Source: Seison nebaliae
Lineage: Eukaryota
Assembly: GCA_023231475.1 (NCBI GenBank)
Contig: JALJEE010001737.1
Coordinates: 62,001 to 106,865, forward strand
DNA length: 44,865 nucleotides
Direction of reading: 5' to 3'
In this document: piece by piece, positions 36,557 to 44,865 of the stretch
Position numbering within the stretch: the first letter of the stretch is position 1
How the letters are laid out: each line of letters opens with the position of its first letter
Translations under genes and position numbers: made by a program
Notes under the pieces: model-generated
Seen by the model: the letters and a program-made list of their open reading frames with translations, nothing else
What the model was told of the DNA's origin: nothing
Databases searched by the model: none

Positions 36557-39500
36557 CGTTGTAAGATGTCTAGGAAGGAATTAGAAGTGTGGATGAAAGA
36601 TGAAAATATTGTTTATGTTATTTTATTTGTTAACTAACGATAAGTTAAAAGATCATTTGTCAAAAAGTTGACAAATTTAATAAGTTAGAGATATAATCCC
36701 GATACTCAGAATGTCATCGTTTAATAAAGTGAGAAAATATGATTAGATAATTGTGTTATGGAAAAGGAGAGGAAGTGGAGGAAGAAAGATATAATTCCAT
36801 GAGATAATTCTCAGATCTCAAGAGAAAAAATTACCTGCTCCAATTGTCTGTCGGTTGAGTGGATGAATGGTGGGATGTTGTTGATTTAGATTTTGTTGTA
36901 GATGATGTTGCCCCAAATTCGTTTGGTCGTTCATTGATGAATTGAATGGGAAATAATATATTTGTTCATTTCCATAAATTCCATCATCATTCACATCGTC
37001 ATATCCGTTATACTTTGTATTTTCGTCGTCTTCCTCTTCATCTTCATTAATTTCATCATCTTCATCCGATGACCGATCTTTTTCATCATGTATCATTTTC
37101 TCCTCCTCTTCCGAACTGAGGCTATCTCTCTTATTGAATTGATGAATGTTATGTTGACTTATATCGCCCAACGACAAATTATTGATGTTATTCCGTATCA
37201 CTCGCTTTAGATTCCCATCATTTACATATGGTGAATTATATGTCATTGATTCATTATGATGAAGTTCAGGATAATCGGCCGTAAAGACAGAATGATAATT
37301 TTCACGTCCCTGAACAGTCTCGGGAGAGAATGTGGAATCCATCGACGATACACCAGACGATGATGTTGAATTTTGTGCAACGAGTGTATTTTTCTGAGAT
37401 TTGTCGACAGTTTCATGAGGTTCGTAAACAATTTCCGATTTCTGTTTAGTGTCAACAAATTTCAAGGATCGACGACTTCGTCTTGTTCTCGTTTTTTTCG
37501 ATCGATTATTTCGCATTTTCCGATAATTTTCATGTTGAACATTTTTCACATTTGAACTACGTCTCAATATAGATTCGTTGAACATGGTCGTTTTCCCATG
37601 TGGAATATTTGACATATCAATCTCATCCAAATAATTTACCATTCGTTCTTTCAAATTCGTCACTGATGAATCTTCAATAGGTAAATTGTCTTCGATATTG
37701 AGAACATTTTCATCATTGATGATTAAACTATCTTCGATGTTGAGAACATTTCCATCATTGATAATTAAATTATTTTCATCATCAATATCACCAGTTGGTA
37801 ATATCCTGTGAATATCATAAACATGATTATAATTGGAATTATTGACATTTTGATTATGATTACTATTCGTTGAGCGTAAAGATGAATTATCTTTCATCGT
37901 TTCAAAATATCGTCCATGATCTCCAGAAATTGCTGATCTTCCAGTCACGTCATAATGTTGTCGTACTAATTCCATGAGATTATCTTCCGAAAATATATCT
38001 CGATTATGAGTTGTTCTTGTAAGTGAAAATTCCACTGCAATCGGCATATGATCACTAGGAATTAATGGATGTGGACAACCGAGAATTTCGTTTTCTAAAA
38101 ACCATTCGGGTGGAATTGGTAATAATATCTGTCTCCTTTTCAATGTGGATTTTGTGTACATGATATAATCGATGACACCTTTAAAATCAACTGTGTAATT
38201 TGTAAATGGGAGAATTATTCCTTCATATGCATCTTCGAATAGGAATTGATGTTTTATCATATTCGATGATGGAATTGTTGTGAGAGATGTGGCGGATGAC
38301 GCCCGATTTCCTCGATTGTTTATTTTATTGTTGTTGTTATAATTGAGATTATGAGTCGAATCATTCTGATTATCTTTCGATGGATGTATTCCTAAAATGA
38401 CATCTAAACTATTTTTATATGAGTATTGTTTGAAATCTTCATGACTCAATGGCAAGGATGCTTTCAATAAAAATTCGATGACTCCACTAATTGGTAATGA
38501 ATTGAAATCACCACATAGAACTAATGGAATGGATAATAAGATTTCACATAATTGTTTATTATTCAAATTTTTCATCGTCATTTGTTCGACATTTCTCGAA
38601 TCGACATCTTTCATTGACGGAATCTTGATCAATCCACAACGGATTGCATCGATACAAAGACGTTTAAGTGAAGCGACTAATAGAACAATCTGAACAATCT
38701 TCACATCACTATAAAATGGATCCCAATGTATATGTGAATTCGCTACCATAATTATGTTATCATTCAAATTCGAATTGTTTCCAATTTTAGCTGTTTTGAG
38801 ACGAAACAAACCAATTATGGCTATATTATCTCGAGAGGAGACTCGATTAATTAAATGAGAATGTTTATCTATCATCTGCTTTCTAGTCGTATCTGACACT
38901 TGGGCATCTGTCACATTATTCAAATTGAGATAATCCGTATGTACTGTATTTACCACATCCATTGCTTGTTGATTGAATTCGATCAATTCTCGTTGAAGTA
39001 ATTCAAATTTTGTTTCATCAAAAAATAATGCACATCCATCCACTTTCTTCTGATCGATACTAGACATAGTATTTGCACGAGATTTCACTCCAAACACTCC
39101 GTCGTAATTATATTCAGCGAGATGTGGACGAAAGAATGTGTCATATTGTTCCGCTTCCACTTCTTGCAATGCGATGATACTGGTACGATATTTGAGAATT
39201 TCTCTCAGAATTACATCTCGACGATTCCTCCAATCCAAACTATCAGTAGGACAATAAGCATATAATGTTTTCGAGGCATATTGTTCACATAAAATGTTAT
39301 AACTCAAAATTGTGAATCTATCACCAACATAATCATCATCATGAGAATAATAACTCTTTAACTTCGATGAATGATGATCATATTGTTCTTCAAAATCTGT
39401 TTTATTTTCTTCGAAATGATCAACATCTTCTTTCTTTTTCTTATTCTCTAACGAGAATGAATCCGTTTTCTTCCTCTTCACTTCCATTTCATCATTTGCA

Positions 39501-40075
39501 ATAAATTTCCATTTTCTTTCTGGAGGATCTGGCATCGATCTCAAATATTCCATCATAATATGTTGAATTAATAAATCATTATCGATACATTCACTTTTCA
39601 TCTTTTCCAGCCCTTGTAATGGATTCGTTGTAAAATTCAAATTTGTCAATCGATATAATCTCCCGAGAAATAAAGGAATTTTCTTCATCCGATTTTTGGA
39701 TGCATCTAAAATTTGTAATTGATCCAAACTACCTAATTCGGGTGGGAGATGTGTAATTCGGTTGGATGACAAATCCAATTCAATCAAATTCTTTAATCGA
39801 CCAATATCAGGTGGTAACGTCTCCAATAAATTTTCAGCTACCGACAACGTCGTCAAATTGGTCCATGTGAAGAGTACGGGACTTAACACACTGACACTAC
39901 CTCTAATATCAATTTTGGTGACGGGTGGTACTTGAATTTCCGAATTGACGAAAGCATTCAAACTTCTTGGTATTCTGAGTTTAGGTCCATTATTCGTCAA
40001 AGAGTCGAATGAACCGAGATTACAGTTATCGAAGAGATCACTTCCGTGATGTGTCAGATAGTGATCATACGTCAT
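36337..40075 (-). CDS. CNOT6: CCR4/CNOT6 deadenylase (LRR + EEP nuclease) with long C-terminal low-complexity tail; exons 40075-36835 and probably 36569-36337
   Basis: N-terminal LRRs (LETLPPDIGRLKNLIELDLSSNRITHLPPELG) and EEP motifs SYNILC, YAYCP, LQEVE, VDGCALFF, HIHWDP..SDVK, CGDFNSLP, FTNYT.DFKGVIDYI, PSDH. The last exon is inferred from donor CAG|GTAATT (36834) and acceptor CCTAG (36570). Confidence 0.95.
36523..36561 (-). repeat. (CAA)n microsatellite, poly-Gln in the inferred last CCR4 exon
   Basis: Run of TTG triplets on the + strand, in frame as QRQQQQQQQQQNQ on the - strand. Confidence 0.8.
37688..37772 (-). repeat. 42-nt tandem duplication within the CCR4 tail
   Basis: Two near-identical units encoding LIINDGNVLNIEDS / LIINDENVLNIEDN. 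Confidence 0.85.
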
Positions 40076-42536
40076 GTTTCCTTTCCGTTCTTAACCCAAT
40101 CATAAAAAGATAATAAAAATAAATAGTTCTGAGATTTGATTTGTAAAAAATCTACTGTGGAAAGGAAATGGAAGAAACTTTGAAGATAAAAGTCATTAAA
40201 ATATTTCTCAACAATTCCACTATTGGAAATATGTTTCTGTGAAATTTTTTTATTTCATTCAATTTCATTTTGACATGTGCATATCGAAATTTAACTGACA
40301 TTCAAATTTCGTCACACCTTTCCCGAAATGAGATGGTGGACGAGAGAAGAGAAGGACTGAAAGAGACGAAATATTAAGAAATAAAGAAAAATACATAGAA
40401 TTCAATAAGGAATGCTTGTAATACAGCTCTTATCTACACGGAGGGGATGTAGAGACGATGTGAAAAAGTAGGAGTTGGAGGACGACATATAATAAAGTTA
40501 ATAAATAGTTTTTTATAGATGACTTCATTCGTTAGAAAAGACAGAAGATCCAATGTCAAATAATTTTGATAATTTTTTAAGTTGAACGATCGTTCACAAG
40601 TAACATGTCATTGCGCACAACAATACATAGAACGCGTAATTTCATTTGCACATACGAACGTACAATGGCAAATTAGAGGGGGGAGGTACATAAAACAAAC
40701 GATAATTATTCATCATCGATGAAATCATATGATTTCCTCTCTCCTCATCGATTGGTAAGGCGAGACGGGTAAATACGAATTTCCTTCATACCTTCTCCGT
40801 TTATCTCAATCATAAATCATTTTCCTTTCTAACATCCACACTCACACGGAAATCGAAGCTTACTACAATTTACATTCTTTTCCGTCCGACGTCGTAACTA
40901 TCGATCTGTCTCATCTTAATTTAATTATTCGATTATTCTCCATCACATTCATCTCATTGATCAGAAATCAATAAATTGTTTCGTGCATAATGTCAGTTCA
41001 TCTATGAGAACTATTTGAAAAGTAAAATCAACTCATTTCCTCTCGGAAAACACTATCAGATGTTTCAAATTAAGCCTTTCAACAATTTCTCAATAATGGA
41101 AGAAGATATTCTTCTTTTATCATCATATCATATCAAGAAAAATTTATCCGTTCTCTAGATAAAATATTAGAAAGAATAAATATTTTATAATGGCGAAAAA
41201 AAGAAAAATATAATCGTAATCGATCTTTTTCAATGTTGAATAGAGCAATACGTATTTCACGGTTTTATTTTGGTCAAAAAAAACAATGTGAATATCATAT
41301 TCGATTTCACCATATGTATATATCTATCGATTTAATTTCGGTTTTAGCCAACATTTAAAAATTATGTTATTACCATTCCATTTATCTGTTTTATCGTTTA
41401 TTGCTAGTGAGGCATACACACTCACATACATACCACTAATATAGATTTTGTTTGTAAATATTCGAGGTATTTCTTTATCAGTACTTGAACCATAAATTTA
41501 ATAATTGTAATCATAATGTTCATCATAATGCTAAATTAATGACCTTCCATTTTATTCCCTTGATTAATCTTACTTCTCTTCATACTGCCATTACTCGTTA
41601 AAAGATCAAGATAGTTTGAAGAACTTGGTAAAATTCTTTCGTTGTTGAATTGTTAAAAATTCTCAATTATCGTCCGAAGTTCACAGTTGTCAAATTGACT
41701 AATATTCCCCAATGAACTAATAATATTTGGAAGTAAAAGTCACGATGTTGACATTCCTTTTCTTCTGTTATTGCGCACCTCCCTGATAATGTCATTTTAA
41801 TGTTATGTTTGAGGTAATTCGATAAATTCCCATGAATTTTACTTAATTATTCCAGTGTAAAAAGATCGGAAGAATTACGATAATTTAGTTGAGTGCTTTC
41901 GTTTGATCTTTCGTCTAATTAAGAATGTAAATTGTAATTTGGTTGTAAATCAATATTCTCTCGGTTTCAACAGTTATTATCAACTTTTTTCATTTTATGA
42001 TATATCGTTGGAGTAATTGGTGTTCTTCTGTCACACTCTTTGACGATGAAATGATTGATGACATATTAATTTGTTAATTTTGTTCGTTAACATGTTATTA
42101 ACTTTAAATAATTAAAACGGAATCAAAAAAATAGAAAGTTGGACTAATTTCTTTAGCACTTCGAGTGGATAAAAGAGTTTGTTAAATGACTTGAATTTAT
42201 TGAATTGTGACTAGATTGGAAACATTCAACTTTCATTTGTGGCCTTTCTTTCGGTGTTTCATGCTTGATTGTATACGATTATCTGTATTTTACTCTTGCT
42301 GATTGAAAAATATTACATCATTTCATTCGATTCTCTAATTTCTAATAGATAATTCATTATGCTAACTAAAATTAAAAAACGGTTGAAAAACCATAGTTTA
42401 AGAATTCCCTCCACTTCTTTCATTCATAATTGAGCCTTTTCTAAGTGAACATGATAATAATAAGAAATATGATGATTTACGATTTGAAATCGTTTAAATT
42501 TAATCTAAAGCTTAATTTCATTGAAAAATTAATGTT

Positions 42537-43656
42537 ATGATAGGAAGAAAGTTGATTAGTGCTTTCATACGATTGAATCACATTCAATCATCTTCCAAGA
42601 AATCAATTACTTCATTATTCCTCGATAAGAATGTGCGTGATCGTTTAGAGAAAGTGACACATTTCGATCTCGACCGAATTCTGAGACAAAGTGCCTCGTT
42701 AAGTGAAAAACGTGAAGCTGAACTGAAGTTATTGACTGAATTGGAATATAATGAAGTTTCTCAAATATTCAAATTCATCAAATATAATCTTATATTTAGT
42801 TAGTGAAAGATGCTGAGAAGAGAGCGAGAAAGAAGTTACAAATGTATCCCGTTCTCGACAATAGAGAAATTGTTGAATCTATCGATAGTGATAATTTAGT
42901 CATTCAACATGAGAATGAAAGTAAGATTAATGGAGCGATCGACGAGAATCATGTTTTTGTCGATATATCTAACAACATACCATACCGTCAACGATCCATT
43001 GTTATTCGTCAACCCAACGGTAGATTAAGGAAAGCATCGATTAATGAACGACAAAGATTGTTGAGAACTTATTACCCGAAACCTCATCAACTTCTCAATC
43101 GAATTCCCAAAATGTTTTCCGCACAATATTTAGAAGTTTTTTTTTACTTTTCGAATTTTCCATTTAAATTTTACTCTTTTCAGAAATTGTTAGAGAGACA
43201 GGAATATCTTTTCATTTTAGATAAAGCTTGTTTTACCATCGAACCTTTTGATGAGAATTTCATTCAAGTTCAATTTTTGAAGAAATTGACAATTCCTCAC
43301 TTATTATTTTTAGGTAACTAATCGTACTTATGATCATATAAATGAGAGAAAATCTTTTAATTTATTAAGAAATACTAGATATTTTGGAACAATGACTTTC
43401 CACTTGGTTCGGTATGAGAAAGAGTTGAATCTCATCAAAGAAATGATCCAAAAAGATTTGTTAAGAATTTATTCATCAATTTATCAATAATTCTTCGATT
43501 ATTAGACTAACGGACGCGATCGCTGTAATTGAATTGAAAGAAATCATTCATAATATAACTATCGAAGGTGATTCAATTAAAGAAAAATTGATGAACTATG
43601 AAAAACTTTCTAAAAAGGACGACATCGAACTCCAATCTCTTTTATCAAACTTGTAA
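42537..43656 (+). CDS. MRPS22: Mitochondrial small ribosomal subunit protein mS22, 5 exons
   Basis: LQMYPVL..RE, VFVDIS..IPYRQRSIVIRQPNGRLRKAS..ER, FILDKAC...EP, TYDHI......LLRNTRYFGTMTF match MRPS22. Introns 42756-42799, 43136-43183, 43268-43313, 43460-43505; basic presequence-like N-terminus. Confidence 0.9.
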
Positions 43657-43806
43657 TAAAATTGTTTTTAGTCATCTAATTTATCCCGACAGAAATTTTA
43701 AATAAATAATAATAATAAAATTGTTAAACTATTTAAAATTTTTAGAAGAACTATAAATTATTATTAGGATGATTGAACTTAAGAAAGAATGAAACAAACG
43801 GAAAAA

Positions 43807-44438
43807 CTATAAATAACAACAAAGACTTTTGATTAACCCGTCAGAATTTGCGTAGTTTTCCTCGATGAAAATAATGGACGGAAAAAACTTGTCCAGTCGA
43901 ATGATTTCATCGTGTTGAATTAGAACAGACGAATTAAATTTATTAGGAAAATAATTATAGATTTTTTTGAAAAAATGAAAATCTTTTTTCTTCACGTTAA
44001 TATAATAATAATAAGTATTTTTTAATTACAACTTTCGATTACCAATCTTTTAAACTTTTCACTTTGTAAACGATTGAGTCCCTTTGCAATTCTGAAAATA
44101 TTACAATAATATTTTTAAGTTTGTGAAAATGGATGAGGAATTAACTAATAATATTACGACCTTCATCTGTCACCAATTTGTTTGGTGTACCAATCTTCTC
44201 TGCATTTTTAATAGAAAATGAGATTTCGTCAGAAATTTTAATTGCAACTAACGTTTCAGCGAATATTTCAATCGATCAAATATATCCTCCAAATTGACGG
44301 TGTGAAACGGACTTCGTCTATACTGATATGTTTGAGACTCTAAAATCAATTTGGAGAAAGAAGAATTGGTTTGAATATAATCGAACCTGCAATCACTACT
44401 ATAATTAGTAATAAAGAAAGAATTAGAATTTTCTTCAT
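43807..44438 (-). CDS. Small multi-exon protein with signal peptide, unknown function (3' end uncertain)
   Basis: ATG at 44438 gives MKKILILSLLLIIVVIA, then GTT..AG introns link to ESQTYQYRRSPFHTVNLEDIFDRLKYSLK and probably to the 43807-43995 ORF. Confidence 0.5.
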
Positions 44439-44659
44439 CCTTCACGAAAAGATAACAAAAAAAATTTCTGAAGTTTTATTTTATAACTTTCCTTAATAGT
44501 TAAAAAATTCGCACTACAATTAATCTAATTTATTATTGTTTCATTATGTAATTATTAACAATTTTACAAGATTTCTTTTGCTCGTTTAGATGAGTAATAA
44601 AGGTAATAAAAAAATTACATTATATAAAATTTATTTCATTAAAAACAAAGCAAAGTGAA

Positions 44660-44865
44660 TTAGTGTTTTGGTGTTCGAACGATATGACTTGGCGGAATGG
44701 TTTTTCTATAAAATAGTTTGGGAGAATTCGTTGTGAATTTCTTACAACTTTCATTGTCTATTTCCTTTGTTGGGGTAAACTTCTTCTCGATCGTTCCAAA
44801 TATGCTCTTCAAATTGAAAATTGACGTTCGTTTCTTTTTATTCTGAATATTTGTTTGAGATAAGG
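44660..44865 (-). CDS. 3' end of an unidentified gene running off the window
   Basis: Open frame ...QNKKKRTSIFNLKSIFGTIEKKFTPTKEIDNESCKKFTTNSPKLFYRKTIPPSHIVRTPKH* followed by AT-rich UTR-like sequence. Confidence 0.45.
   Translation of the reverse strand, partial: LSQTNIQNKKKRTSIFNLKSIFGTIEKKFTPTKEIDNESCKKFTTNSPKLFYRKTIPPSHIVRTPKH

Noticed and set aside
40721..40736. 16-bp palindrome GAAATCATATGATTTC upstream of CCR4
   Set aside because: Expected by chance in 45 kb of AT-rich DNA.
1..44865. tRNA, rRNA, snRNA, SL RNA, CRISPR arrays or transposase/RT genes
   Set aside because: None recognised by eye; a covariance-model search would be needed to exclude divergent small RNAs in the intergenic stretches.

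Overview
AT-rich, gene-dense eukaryotic (animal-like) genomic DNA; the species cannot be determined from this window. There is no prokaryotic, CRISPR or transposon signal, and the fragmented ORF track is explained by many very short spliceosomal introns. Hand-built gene models in order: PAPSS 3' end (+); coiled-coil protein (-); secreted RFamide-type neuropeptide precursor (+); nucleoside phosphorylase-domain protein (-); PSMD6/RPN7 (-); FAM184 (+); large single-exon IQ-motif disordered protein (+); HSPA12-family gene that appears to carry ~2,100 aa of extra N-terminal sequence in four phase-1 exons (+); CD39-type NTPDase (+); CCR4/CNOT6 with a hidden poly-Q last exon (-); MRPS22 (+); two poorly defined genes at the right end (-). 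The strongest signal is the splicing grammar. About 46 of 47 modelled short introns (~38-65 nt) begin GTT with no further consensus and often end in A-rich AAG, whereas the few long introns use more U1-like donors (GTAAGT, GTAATT, GTAAAA, GTTAGT, GTTCGT). All exon structures are inferred by eye without transcript data.
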